A DNA stretch of 64,000 nucleotides, taken from Candidatus Obscuribacteraceae bacterium (GTDB lineage Bacteria > Cyanobacteriota > Vampirovibrionia > Obscuribacterales > Obscuribacteraceae). Position numbers and translations under genes: made by a program. The stretch lies in contig JBGASG010000002.1 in NCBI GenBank assembly GCA_044229845.1, forward strand, positions 320,001-384,000, in the 5' to 3' direction. The notes beneath the pieces are model-generated. The model had not been told where the DNA came from and searched no databases. It was given only the letters and a program-made list of their open reading frames with translations. Shown piece by piece: positions 28,204 to 37,977 of the stretch. Numbering within the stretch: the stretch's first letter is position 1; the number at the start of each line of letters is the position of its first letter.

Positions 28204-31200
28204 ATGGAGCGGAAACCCAACCGATCCATGTGGGATCCGCTGTCGGAACCTCTTTTCAGAGCTTTGTGGATAGCGGCCCTGGCTTCGAACATCGGCAGTT
28301 GGATGCACGATGTGGCAGCCGCATGGCTGATGACCTCGCTTTCCAACTCTCCGGTCATGATTTCGCTTATGCAGACGGCAAGCTACTTGCCGTTTTTCTT
28401 GTTGGCATTACCGGCGGGTGCCTTCGCCGACATTTTCAACCGGCGAACGGTCTTGCTGGTCGGTCAAGCCTGGATGCTGGTCGCTGCTGCGGCCATTGGA
28501 GTGTGCAGCCTCTGCGGGTGGATGAACCCCTGGCTTTTGCTCACGCTTACTTTGATGCTGGGGGTCGGCGGGGCAATCACGAGCCCAGCCTGGAATGCCG
28601 TTCTGCCGGAGTTGGTCACCAAGAAAAACCTCGAAGGCGCGGTCGCCCTGGGCGGCATGGGTTGGAACATAGCTCGCGGCGTCGGCTCGGCGATCGGTGG
28701 TTTCATCGTCGCTATGTCGGGTCCCGGAGCCGTCTTCCTGCTCAACGCCGCTTCGTTTCTCGCAGTGCTCTGGGTGTTCTGGTCCTGGAAACGTCCGGCG
28801 TCAGCCGAGAGCACCAATAACGAGCGGGTGGTCGGAGCGATTCGCGCCGGCGTCCGTTTCGTGCGCCATTCGCCAGTGCTGCTGGCGGTGCTCTGGCGCA
28901 CCATAGTATTCGTTTCTTGCTCTACATGTTTCTGGGCGCTCTTGCCCTTGTTCTGCCGCGTGCACTTGAAACTGGAAGCGCACCAGTACGGATTGGTGCT
29001 GACTCTCTTCGGTGCCGGCGCCATCGTCGGAGCCGGACTTTTACCCAAGATGCGCAAAACCATGTCCCTCGATGCTTGCGCGGCGGTAGGCACCTTGCTC
29101 TTCGCCAGCGGCATGTTGGGACTGGCTTTCAGTCCCAGTTTCGGATTTGCAATCATCAGCAGCACCATCGCTGGTATCGCCTGGATATCGGTCACCTCCA
29201 GCCTCAATATGGGAGCGCAACTGGCTTGCCCAGCCTGGGTGCGCTCGCGGGCGCTGGCCGTCTACATCCTCGTCTGGCACGGCACCATGGCGGTCGCCAG
29301 CCTTGCCTGGGGAACCTTCGCCAACTTCTTTAATATGGAGAATGCACTGCTGGTGGCGGCGTGCGGCCTGATGATCAGCATGTTGCTGTCACCGCGCCGG
29401 CACAAGCTCGGCGACCTGGAGCACGTCGACCTTACCGCCTCAGGGCATTGGCCGGAGCCGGTGCTTGCCGTCACACCGCACCCTGAACATGGTCCGGTGC
29501 AGGTCAGTATCGAGTATTTGATTGAGCCGGAGAAAGCCAAAGAATTCGCCGATGCGATGTCTCAACTGGCTGTCCAACGCCGTCGAGATGGTGCTTTTCA
29601 GTGGCACTTGATGTGCGATCTGGAAGACCCAAGCAAGTATCTGGAGACATATTTTGTTGAGACGTGGGCGGAACACGAGCGACAGCACCAGCGCGTCACA
29701 ATAGCAGATAAGGCTGCCGAGGAAAAAGTTGATTCTTTCCATATCGGACCGCAGCGACCGCAAGTGCGCCACCTTATTTCAGGTATCGGGCTGGACGGCG
29801 AATTGATAGCGCCCGAGCGCACCGAAGTGCTGCCCGGCACTGAGCCCGGACAGCCGCCATGCGGCGTTTGTGGAGACAGCGATGCTGCGGATGTTGCGAA
29901 TGCTGCGGATGTTGCGAATGCTGCGGATGTTGCAGGCGCCGGCGGTGCCAGCACGGCAGAAACACCAGTGGAACCTCTGGCACAAGTTGCAAAGCCAGGA
30001 GTTGCGGCCTCACCGCCGACGACTGAACCTCTTACAGTCGACACCTCGGACCACGAAGTCTACGCGGAGACTGGCGAGCAAACGGCGTTCTCTCCAGAAG
30101 ACGACTTGAATACTCCAGCTGTACCATTACCGGTCGTGAAGCCTGCCGGCAGCCCAGGGGCCGATGCAGGCGCCGGAACCAGCACCTCCGGACCCGCCAC
30201 CATAGGCAATACCACCCTCATGTCAGCCACCAGAGAAGGTGATTCGCTGGCGGATTTCCTCAGCGACTTGAGTACGCACCAGGTGCCCCCAAAGGAGGTG
30301 CCAACCGCCGACGGACAAAAGAGCGCCATGATGAAAAACGGCTCGCCGGGCGACGGTGACTCGCTGGCCGACTTCCTCAGCGACCTCGGTTCACAGGGAT
30401 CGCCGGCAGTGCCGCTCGATGACAGGATCGAAAAAATCGATTCGTCGGTAGATATCGAAGCGCTGTTCAAACAAGATCCCGGTGATACGCTGACAAAAAT
30501 TCGTCCCTTGCGCAGTCCGGAATGGGTCGACACGTTCGACGGCATCGAACGCCCCAATTTGCGGGACGGAAACGTGGTTGATATAGATTCGCTTTTCAGC
30601 AAGCAAGATCGGCTGCATGTCGTCGATGACGACGAATCCATCAACACAGCCGGCAATGGAGAGTCTGCCTCTGTGGACGGACCGGCGGCGCAGAGCTTGT
30701 TTGATTTGTTCGATAGTTTCGAGGCGTCGGCAGGCGGGCGCTGCAAAGACGCATCAAAGGCCCCCCCCACCGACACACCGATGCCTGGGCTGCTGGCTAA
30801 ATCAGCCTTGGAAGCCGAAGAACAGATCGACACACTGCAGGACATCGAAGCGCTAAAGGACCAGCCTCAAGAGGCGAAGCTGACCGATGCTGCTGGCAAA
30901 AACAAAGGCGGCAATGAAACACCAGACCCAGCGGCTGACAAGAACGTACCATCCGATACGCTCGTCGATATGGATGCCTATTTCGGTCAGGACCCCGGCG
31001 ATACGCTCGTCGACATAGAGGCACTTTCCAGGCGCAATCCCGAAGACCGGCTACTTCTGGAAACAGATAAAATAGACACGCTCGTTGATATCGAAGCTCT
31101 GGAGGTGTATTGCAGCCAGAATCCGGAAGACAAACTGACACGCCCCAAATCGGACAACAGCTCACTTTTCCGCACACCGATGTTCACCGGTGTCGATGAT

Positions 31201-32283
31201 GTCGACGGCGATGACCCGCGCGACACCATAACCGGAATCGAGTCATATTCGACTCGAGCCAATACTCCCAACGGTGACAATCAATCTGTATTGTCGGTGG
31301 AGACAGGTGATGATTACCCAACTATTAACACGGGTGAAATGGAAGCGCTGCACATCGACACCGATGATGAGTTAGCTCCCATCACTGGACCAATCACCGG
31401 CGAGGTGACAGCGGTCGACATAGAGGATGCGGTGCCTGTGTCCGAAGTAGATGCGCCTGAGGCAGATGCGGTGCCCGTTGTAGCAGCTGCGCCTGAGGCG
31501 ACGGCACCTCCCAAGGATGCCGTCAGCAAAGCCAAGGATGCCTTGATAGCACTTCGCGACTCCGCCAATGCTGCGAAAGCCGCTAAGTCCGCCCATGATT
31601 ACCCCACCGAGCCGGCCATCAAGTCCGCGGCTAATTCGCTTTCGAAGCCGATGCCTCGACCGTCCTTAGCGGACGCGAAATCAATTCTACATAGCAGCGC
31701 AAAGAAATCAGATCCTCCATCTGATTCAAATAATCAATCTGATGCAGGAAGAGACGACGCTGTAAGGGACGACCCGGGAGGCAACGTCTCAGCCAAGTCC
31801 TTGCCCAGCAAGAAAGCCGACGGAGCATCCAGTGGACGCAAATTGCTACCGCTCGACCCGCGTTCTGATTCTCACTCGAAAGATTCCAAATCCGGTGGTT
31901 CCAAGCCGCGCGGTCTGCCGTCTCGCAGCAAGCTGGATACGAAATCGGAGACGGAAACACAAAGTGGAGCCGACTCGCAGCCGCCCGAGAGCAAACGCAC
32001 CACATCCGACACCAAAATTCCGCTCACGGCGAAGCCAAACACCGAAAATGACAATGACGTGAACGGACTTCAACTGTCAAAGAACGGACACCAGGAGAGC
32101 AATGGAGACCAGGAGAGCAATGGAGACCAGGAAAGCAATGGTCGTGGTGACGCTCCTGAGTCGCCTGGCACCTCGCCCGAAGATTTGAGCGCGGCCACCG
32201 GCGAAACAGCCGCATTCGATCCGCTTACCGATGAAGAGTTATTGAGAGGCGGATTGATTACCGATAGCGGTTCGGACGACTGA
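28204..32283 (+). CDS. MFS transporter (MFS_3/DUF894 type) with ~800-aa acidic low-complexity C-terminal extension
   Basis: FRALWIAALASNIGSWM...12 TMs, HWPEP...GPVQVSIEY...RRRDGA..W..H.RQH.R, then a long acidic repeat tail in the same frame. Confidence 0.85.
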   Translation: MERKPNRSMWDPLSEPLFRALWIAALASNIGSWMHDVAAAWLMTSLSNSPVMISLMQTASYLPFFLLALPAGAFADIFNRRTVLLVGQAWMLVAAAAIGVCSLCGWMNPWLLLTLTLMLGVGGAITSPAWNAVLPELVTKKNLEGAVALGGMGWNIARGVGSAIGGFIVAMSGPGAVFLLNAASFLAVLWVFWSWKRPASAESTNNERVVGAIRAGVRFVRHSPVLLAVLWRTIVFVSCSTCFWALLPLFCRVHLKLEAHQYGLVLTLFGAGAIVGAGLLPKMRKTMSLDACAAVGTLLFASGMLGLAFSPSFGFAIISSTIAGIAWISVTSSLNMGAQLACPAWVRSRALAVYILVWHGTMAVASLAWGTFANFFNMENALLVAACGLMISMLLSPRRHKLGDLEHVDLTASGHWPEPVLAVTPHPEHGPVQVSIEYLIEPEKAKEFADAMSQLAVQRRRDGAFQWHLMCDLEDPSKYLETYFVETWAEHERQHQRVTIADKAAEEKVDSFHIGPQRPQVRHLISGIGLDGELIAPERTEVLPGTEPGQPPCGVCGDSDAADVANAADVANAADVAGAGGASTAETPVEPLAQVAKPGVAASPPTTEPLTVDTSDHEVYAETGEQTAFSPEDDLNTPAVPLPVVKPAGSPGADAGAGTSTSGPATIGNTTLMSATREGDSLADFLSDLSTHQVPPKEVPTADGQKSAMMKNGSPGDGDSLADFLSDLGSQGSPAVPLDDRIEKIDSSVDIEALFKQDPGDTLTKIRPLRSPEWVDTFDGIERPNLRDGNVVDIDSLFSKQDRLHVVDDDESINTAGNGESASVDGPAAQSLFDLFDSFEASAGGRCKDASKAPPTDTPMPGLLAKSALEAEEQIDTLQDIEALKDQPQEAKLTDAAGKNKGGNETPDPAADKNVPSDTLVDMDAYFGQDPGDTLVDIEALSRRNPEDRLLLETDKIDTLVDIEALEVYCSQNPEDKLTRPKSDNSSLFRTPMFTGVDDVDGDDPRDTITGIESYSTRANTPNGDNQSVLSVETGDDYPTINTGEMEALHIDTDDELAPITGPITGEVTAVDIEDAVPVSEVDAPEADAVPVVAAAPEATAPPKDAVSKAKDALIALRDSANAAKAAKSAHDYPTEPAIKSAANSLSKPMPRPSLADAKSILHSSAKKSDPPSDSNNQSDAGRDDAVRDDPGGNVSAKSLPSKKADGASSGRKLLPLDPRSDSHSKDSKSGGSKPRGLPSRSKLDTKSETETQSGADSQPPESKRTTSDTKIPLTAKPNTENDNDVNGLQLSKNGHQESNGDQESNGDQESNGRGDAPESPGTSPEDLSAATGETAAFDPLTDEELLRGGLITDSGSDD
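29882..29933 (+). repeat. 18-bp tandem repeat x3 (encodes NAADVA)
   Basis: ATGCTGCGGATGTTGCGA repeated. Confidence 0.85.
32092..32141 (+). repeat. 18-bp tandem repeat x3 (encodes QESNGD)
   Basis: CAGGAGAGCAATGGAGAC repeated. Confidence 0.85.
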
Positions 32284-32299
32284 GGCAGCGGTTCGGTGC

Positions 32300-34891
32300 T
32301 TACTGGGCGAAGCGCTCGAAGGCAGCTTTGATCTCAGGATTCTTGGGGTTCTGCTCGTAGGCTGTGCGCAATTCTTTCTCGCCAGGCTTGCGTTGATTGA
32401 ATTTCTCGATCAGCAACATGCCGAGTCGGTAATGCGCTTCTGAATCGCCGATGTCCAGGTCAATAGCCTTGCGGTATTCTGCTTCTGCTTCCTTGAACTT
32501 CTTGTAAAACTCGGCTTGCATATAGCCCAGTCGAGTGTGATAGATCGCCGTGTTGGGTGAGAGATTCGCGGCAGCCTGGAACTGTTCCATCACCGCATCT
32601 GGTGCTCGTTTCTTCACGTCTTCAAGCATGAGCATGCCTAGGTGATAGTGAGGCTCGGCGGCCTTCGGATCGGACTTGATTGCGGCCTCGAATGCTTTCC
32701 GGGCCTCGTCATGGCGACCGAGATTGACGTCCAGCACGGTTCCCATCAGGTCTTGCGCTTTGCAGAATGACGGTTTGAGGGCCAGTGCTTTACCGATTTC
32801 AACGAGTGCACTGTTGTAGTTTTTGTACAGCTGAACTTGGATTTGCGCCAGCCCGAGATACGCATCGGCGTTCTTGGGGTTTTTGGCGAGCGCTTTTCGA
32901 TATTGATCGTCAGCCTCGTCGAACACACGTTTTTTGACGAGCAAGTCACCGAACAATACCCGCGCCTCATCCAGGTCCGGTTCAAGCTTAATAGCGGTGC
33001 GGTATTCTTTTTCCGCTTCTTCAGTTTGTCCGCGCGAGTCAGCCAGGAACCGAGCATACACAAAATGTGGATACCCGAGGGTGGTCGAGTCTTGCTGCTG
33101 CAGAGCCTTTTGATATTCGCTGTCGGCTTCGGGCAGGCGATTTTTGTCACCCGATTGGCTGATGATGTTGGCCAACTCGCTGTTCAGCAATGGATTGTGT
33201 GGATAGATCGCGATCGCTTTGCGAATTTCCTGTTCGGCTCCTTTGTAATCCTTTTTCTGCGCAGCCATCCATTTGGCCAGTTCCCAGCGGGCTTCCCAGT
33301 TGTCATCATTGGCTGCAATAGCCTTCCGATAGTACTGATCGATGGTGTCTAATTCCCGATTTTGATCCTTCAAGAGCCTCGCCAGAGTCACCAACGCGGT
33401 GTCGTTGAGTGAATCTAGTTCGAGAGCTTGTCGATATTCTTGCTCGGCGAGGTCGACTTTGCCATTGGCAATCTGGTTGATGTAACCGTTCCAGTAATGA
33501 GCCTGAGAATTCTCAGGATCCAGCGAGATTGCGGTCTTGGCTTCGCCGAGCGCATACTCCATTTGGTTCTGGCGGAAGTAAGCACGGGCCAATCGAACGT
33601 GAGTTTTAGCTTCCTCTCCGCCATTCTTGACGGCGTTACGTGCTGATGCGAGCGCGGAACCATAATCATGGCTGGCGTCGTAGACGTCGGCTTGTGCTAT
33701 GTAACCCTCAATGTTTAGCGGGTTCATGGCGACGGCTTCGCGCAATTCTTTAATGGCGCGATCGAGTTTATGGTCGAGAATCAACTGGTTCGCGGTGCGC
33801 ATCTTATCGCCATATCCCGCCAGGTCTGCCGGTCGTTTGTTACCGGCGGTGATGGTCGGCTCGGCATACGGCGATTCGCGGTTTTCGGTAGATGGAATCG
33901 AAAGGCTGAGGTGCTCGGCCGTTCCACCTTGCATTTGCGGTGTCTGCATCTCGCCTTTGTCGTGTAGGACATTGCTCTGCACTCGCGACTTCATTTGATT
34001 GAAGGCGTCGGAGACATTTGGCTTCGTGGGCGAACTCAGAGTATCAATGAAGTAGCGCGTAAAATAGCTGTTGTGCAGCTGATCCGACTCCCACGATCGT
34101 TCATTTGCCGAACTGGAAGTGATCAAAACACTGCCGCCCGCGCTCTTGGACAATGCCGCGGCATTGATGCCTGTGCGTTGCAAACCCTTATGGGCTTCGG
34201 CACCGGCACCGCTGTAGCATGTATCTAAAACGATTACCTTCTGTCCATGGACACGCCCCTTCACCGAAGACATCAAAAGCTTCAGGTTGACGCCGGTGGA
34301 GTTGGGTTTCTTCAAGTTGGTATCGTAGGCGATAACGTAGTTGATGCCCTGAACGTCGGCACCGGCAGGCGAACCGTGCGTGGACAAGAAGAACACGACC
34401 AGATCATTGTCCATCGCAGCGTGAGGCAAAAATGTGTCCCCGACGCTGTCCTCGATATTGAGTTTGGTGGCATCTTCGTTGATCAGCAGTTTGACGTGGT
34501 CAGGTTTAAACCCACCCTTTGCTGGATCAATCAGATAGTCGTAGAAATCTTTGGCGTCCTTGGCTGCATATTTGAGCGGAGGAATCGATCCGTCGGCGAA
34601 CTGGCTGACGCCGATGACCACCGCCCATTTGTCGCCAACTGTAGTAAGTCCAAATTGTTTGGAGCCTGGCTTCACTCCCGCCCGCGGCAGATTTACCTGC
34701 TTGGCGCCCGTAGGTGCTGCTTTTGCCGCCGCAGTCCGAGCTGGAGCTGGAGCCGCCGGTGCGGCGGTTGCGGGCAACATAGCAGGACAAGCGGTCGACA
34801 TGGCAATCACCGCCGACATTGAACCGGCAACCCTGGAGCGCCAACGGCGATCCAGACAAACCCGGACAATCCACCCAACCATAGCCGTCAT
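32300..34891 (-). CDS. Caspase (C14, orthocaspase/metacaspase-like) domain + long TPR array, catalytic dyad intact
   Basis: KWAVVIG, FFLSTHG, VLDTCYSG, MQTPQ, then many TPRs; ATG 34891 with AGGAGG RBS. Confidence 0.88.
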   Translation of the reverse strand: MTAMVGWIVRVCLDRRWRSRVAGSMSAVIAMSTACPAMLPATAAPAAPAPARTAAAKAAPTGAKQVNLPRAGVKPGSKQFGLTTVGDKWAVVIGVSQFADGSIPPLKYAAKDAKDFYDYLIDPAKGGFKPDHVKLLINEDATKLNIEDSVGDTFLPHAAMDNDLVVFFLSTHGSPAGADVQGINYVIAYDTNLKKPNSTGVNLKLLMSSVKGRVHGQKVIVLDTCYSGAGAEAHKGLQRTGINAAALSKSAGGSVLITSSSANERSWESDQLHNSYFTRYFIDTLSSPTKPNVSDAFNQMKSRVQSNVLHDKGEMQTPQMQGGTAEHLSLSIPSTENRESPYAEPTITAGNKRPADLAGYGDKMRTANQLILDHKLDRAIKELREAVAMNPLNIEGYIAQADVYDASHDYGSALASARNAVKNGGEEAKTHVRLARAYFRQNQMEYALGEAKTAISLDPENSQAHYWNGYINQIANGKVDLAEQEYRQALELDSLNDTALVTLARLLKDQNRELDTIDQYYRKAIAANDDNWEARWELAKWMAAQKKDYKGAEQEIRKAIAIYPHNPLLNSELANIISQSGDKNRLPEADSEYQKALQQQDSTTLGYPHFVYARFLADSRGQTEEAEKEYRTAIKLEPDLDEARVLFGDLLVKKRVFDEADDQYRKALAKNPKNADAYLGLAQIQVQLYKNYNSALVEIGKALALKPSFCKAQDLMGTVLDVNLGRHDEARKAFEAAIKSDPKAAEPHYHLGMLMLEDVKKRAPDAVMEQFQAAANLSPNTAIYHTRLGYMQAEFYKKFKEAEAEYRKAIDLDIGDSEAHYRLGMLLIEKFNQRKPGEKELRTAYEQNPKNPEIKAAFERFAQ

Positions 34892-35211
34892 GGCAACGAA
34901 CCTCCTACATCGGTCCCTTCTAGCTTCCAGTGATCCTGTGAAAAGTACGGACTCGTAAGTGAAATTAGGAAGACCATCTTCTAGATGCGAACTTACCCAT
35001 TCTTGGTAAGTGCTAAAACCAGACGCAGCTAGAGTTTGTGGACCTGAGCCGTCGCTTTGATACCACATGCGGTATTAAAACACCCCGGCTTGCTCGCGGA
35101 AGCGGCTCTGGCTGACGATGCTACCTATTGTGAATCAATCGAAAACGCAAAATGCAAAATTTGCACTTTTCTATCCCAAGCCCGAAAACGTACAGTCCAT
35201 GGGAAATACCC

Positions 35212-35225
35212 AAGTGATATCACTT
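35212..35225. repeat. Perfect palindrome AAGTGATATCACTT (family locus 1)
   Basis: Exact 14-bp palindrome in a divergent intergenic region. Confidence 0.85.
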
Positions 35226-35382
35226 ACACTTTTTCCTTTGGGCAGGGTGCTTTATTAGGATTAAATTGAATTGTCAAGAATTAGCCAAAAACAGATGGTA
35301 TTCTTTTCGGACGTTGGCAGATCGGCCCGCGTTCTTTAGAACGGCACGCAGGCGCGCGCCTTGGAGCAAGGTCGCTAGATTA

Positions 35383-36540
35383 ATGGACACACATCAACTC
35401 GGTTTCCAAGCGGGACAAGCCCTGGATGGCTATTTGAGTCGACTGCTCGACTCAAATGTTATCGGAATGATTTGCAGTGATATCTATGGACGCGTCTACG
35501 ATGCCAACGACGCGTTCCTAAATCTGGTTGGATACAGCCGCCAGGACATGCAGAACGGATTGTTACGGTGGGACAGAATCACTGCTCCGGAGTTTCTTGA
35601 AGCAAATGCAGCCGCGGTTGAGCAGCTCAAGCTGACCGGGCACATGCAACCGTTTCAGAAAGAGTACTTTCATAAGGACGGACATCGAGTGCCGGTGACC
35701 GTTGGTGCGATGACTCTGGATGGAGCCGGTCATTGCCTGGCTTATATCGTCGATCACAGCGATCATAAAGAAGTACTGCGCCTTTTGAACGAGAGCCAGG
35801 AGAAGTTTCGCATGTTGACGGAAGCGATTCCTACCATGGTCTGGACCGCCGGCAATGGTGGACAGGTCGACTACGCAAACAAGCGGTTTCTTGAATACAG
35901 CGGGATTAGGGCAACGGACGACAACGGGTTTTCCTGGCAACAGGTTGTGCACCCGGAGGATCTTCCGCTGCTCCTGCGGCGCGGCGAAGAAGCAGCTCTC
36001 GCCGGCAGCAAATTCGAAGTGGAAGCTCGCTACCGCAGCCGCAGCGGAGAGTACCGCTGGCAGTTGATTCGTGCGCAGCCAATGACGATGTCGGATGGCG
36101 TGGTTAAGTGGTTCGGCACCAGTACCGACATAGATGATCAAAAGCGTGTCGAAGCTGAATTGCGGCAGGCGGAGGCACGCTTGCGAGGGCTGGCGGAAGC
36201 GATTCCGCAGATTGTGTGGACTGCTCAGGCTGACGGTTCAATCACGTTTTTCAATCATCGCTGGTTTGAATACACCGGACTCTCGCTTGAGCAGAGCCTT
36301 TCCGGCGGATGGAATTTGTTGATCCACCCTGAGGATGCAAAAGGTTATCTCGATGAATGGGCTCGGGCTGTAGCTACAGGCGATTCGTTCGAATACAAAT
36401 TTCGCCTCAAGCGGGCGGTTGGTGTGAAAGCTCAAAACGGATATCGCAGTCATCTCTGTCGCGCCGTAGCGGTTCACGACGCAAACGACGCCGTCATCGA
36501 GTGGTTCGGCACCTGGACCGACATTCAAGGCGACAGTTAG
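35383..36540 (+). CDS. PAS-PAS-PAS protein 1 (no output domain)
   Basis: DANDAFL..GYS, PFQKEY; AIP.MVW, HPED, YRWQ, WFGTSTDIDDQK; third PAS ends WFGTWTDIQ. Start ATG 35383. Confidence 0.88.
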   Translation: MDTHQLGFQAGQALDGYLSRLLDSNVIGMICSDIYGRVYDANDAFLNLVGYSRQDMQNGLLRWDRITAPEFLEANAAAVEQLKLTGHMQPFQKEYFHKDGHRVPVTVGAMTLDGAGHCLAYIVDHSDHKEVLRLLNESQEKFRMLTEAIPTMVWTAGNGGQVDYANKRFLEYSGIRATDDNGFSWQQVVHPEDLPLLLRRGEEAALAGSKFEVEARYRSRSGEYRWQLIRAQPMTMSDGVVKWFGTSTDIDDQKRVEAELRQAEARLRGLAEAIPQIVWTAQADGSITFFNHRWFEYTGLSLEQSLSGGWNLLIHPEDAKGYLDEWARAVATGDSFEYKFRLKRAVGVKAQNGYRSHLCRAVAVHDANDAVIEWFGTWTDIQGDS

Positions 36541-36783
36541 TCTGGCACTGCGACAATCTGTACTGCAACAATCCTCATTCGCCGCTAGTCGAAAGACAGA
36601 CCGCTGAGAATGAGATGTACGCAGGATCCGAGAGACATAGTGGTTAAAACGATTGTCAAGTTGCGGCGAGCAGTCCGTGCTATTCTTCTGCGGCGTGACG
36701 GTGAACACGCGCGAAATCCCCAGGAAGTTCGCGCTTCTCGCGCGCTTGCGTTTTGCGGAACTCAGGTGCGGTATTGGTATTTC

Positions 36784-37947
36784 ATGGACAGGCAACAAAT
36801 TGATGCCAAAACCGAATACAACCTCGACGAATACTTGAATCGTCTGTTGCACTCTAACGTGCTCGGCATCCTTCGTTGCGATGTCTACGGCAACATCTTC
36901 GATGCCAACGATGCGTTTCTGGAAATCATCGGGTACTCGCGCGATGAGATGAACAGAGGCGAGGTGAAGTGGACCGAGATCACTCCGCCCGAGCACCGAG
37001 CCGTCGATGAGCAGGCCATTCAACAGTTGAGAGAAACCGGTCATGCGCTGCCGTTTCAGAAAGAGTATTTGAACAAACGCGGGCAACGCGTGCCGGTTAC
37101 GATCGGAGTGACGGCGCTCGATGGCGAGGGCGCACACTGCCTTGCATACGTGATCGACCACTCCGAACATCGTGCGGTCCAGACACGACTGGCCGACAGC
37201 GAACAGCAATTCAAGCTGCTGGCGGAAACCATTCCGCAACTGGTGTTTGCAGCCGCTCCGGGCGGCAAGACGTTTTACGCCTATCACAGATACATTGAAT
37301 TCACCGGCGTCGACCCGATGGGCAATGACGGCTATGCGTGGAGAGAATTTGTCCATCCGGATGACTTGCCACACATCATGGCAGAAGGTGAACTGGCACT
37401 ATCTAGAGATCAGCCAATGGAAATGGAAGCGCGCTTCCGCACCAGAGAAGGACAGTATCGCTGGCAGTTGATCCGCGGTATCAAGATGGTAATGGCTGAC
37501 GGTTCCATCAGATGGTTTGGCACCTGCACCGACATCGACGATCAAAAGCGCACCGAGAACGAGCTGCGCGAAGCGGTATCACGTTTTCGCACTCTGGCGG
37601 AAGCGATACCACAAATTGTTTGGGCAGCAAAGCCAAATGGCGACATCAACTTTTTCAATCATCGCTGGTTCGAGTACACGGGATTGTCGCTTGAGCAGAG
37701 CCTGGACGGTGGTTGGCAATTGCTGATTCATCCTGAAGATGTAGATCAGTACATGTCAGACTGGCATAAAGCACTGGAAACAGGCGATACTTTCGAGTGC
37801 AAATTTCGTCTGAAGCGGGCCGTCGGTGTGCGCGCGAAAGGCGGCGGTTATCGCGAACAGCTCTGCCGGGCAGTCGCGGTGCAGAGCTCCAGCGGCAAGA
37901 TTATCGAATGGTGCGGAACCTGGACCGACATCCAGGACCAGGAATAG
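36784..37947 (+). CDS. PAS-PAS-PAS protein 2 (no output domain)
   Basis: Collinear paralogue of 35383..36540; start ATG 36784. Confidence 0.88.
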   Translation: MDRQQIDAKTEYNLDEYLNRLLHSNVLGILRCDVYGNIFDANDAFLEIIGYSRDEMNRGEVKWTEITPPEHRAVDEQAIQQLRETGHALPFQKEYLNKRGQRVPVTIGVTALDGEGAHCLAYVIDHSEHRAVQTRLADSEQQFKLLAETIPQLVFAAAPGGKTFYAYHRYIEFTGVDPMGNDGYAWREFVHPDDLPHIMAEGELALSRDQPMEMEARFRTREGQYRWQLIRGIKMVMADGSIRWFGTCTDIDDQKRTENELREAVSRFRTLAEAIPQIVWAAKPNGDINFFNHRWFEYTGLSLEQSLDGGWQLLIHPEDVDQYMSDWHKALETGDTFECKFRLKRAVGVRAKGGGYREQLCRAVAVQSSSGKIIEWCGTWTDIQDQE

Positions 37948-37977
37948 ACCGATAGACCGGAAACAGGTGGACTGGCG

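Noticed and set aside
34991..35011. Inverted repeat ACTTACC-N7-GGTAAGT upstream of the caspase-TPR gene
   Set aside because: Single occurrence; could be an operator but there is no supporting evidence.
36238..37374. 378-aa minus-strand ORF
   Set aside because: Antisense to the PAS genes; no domain signal.
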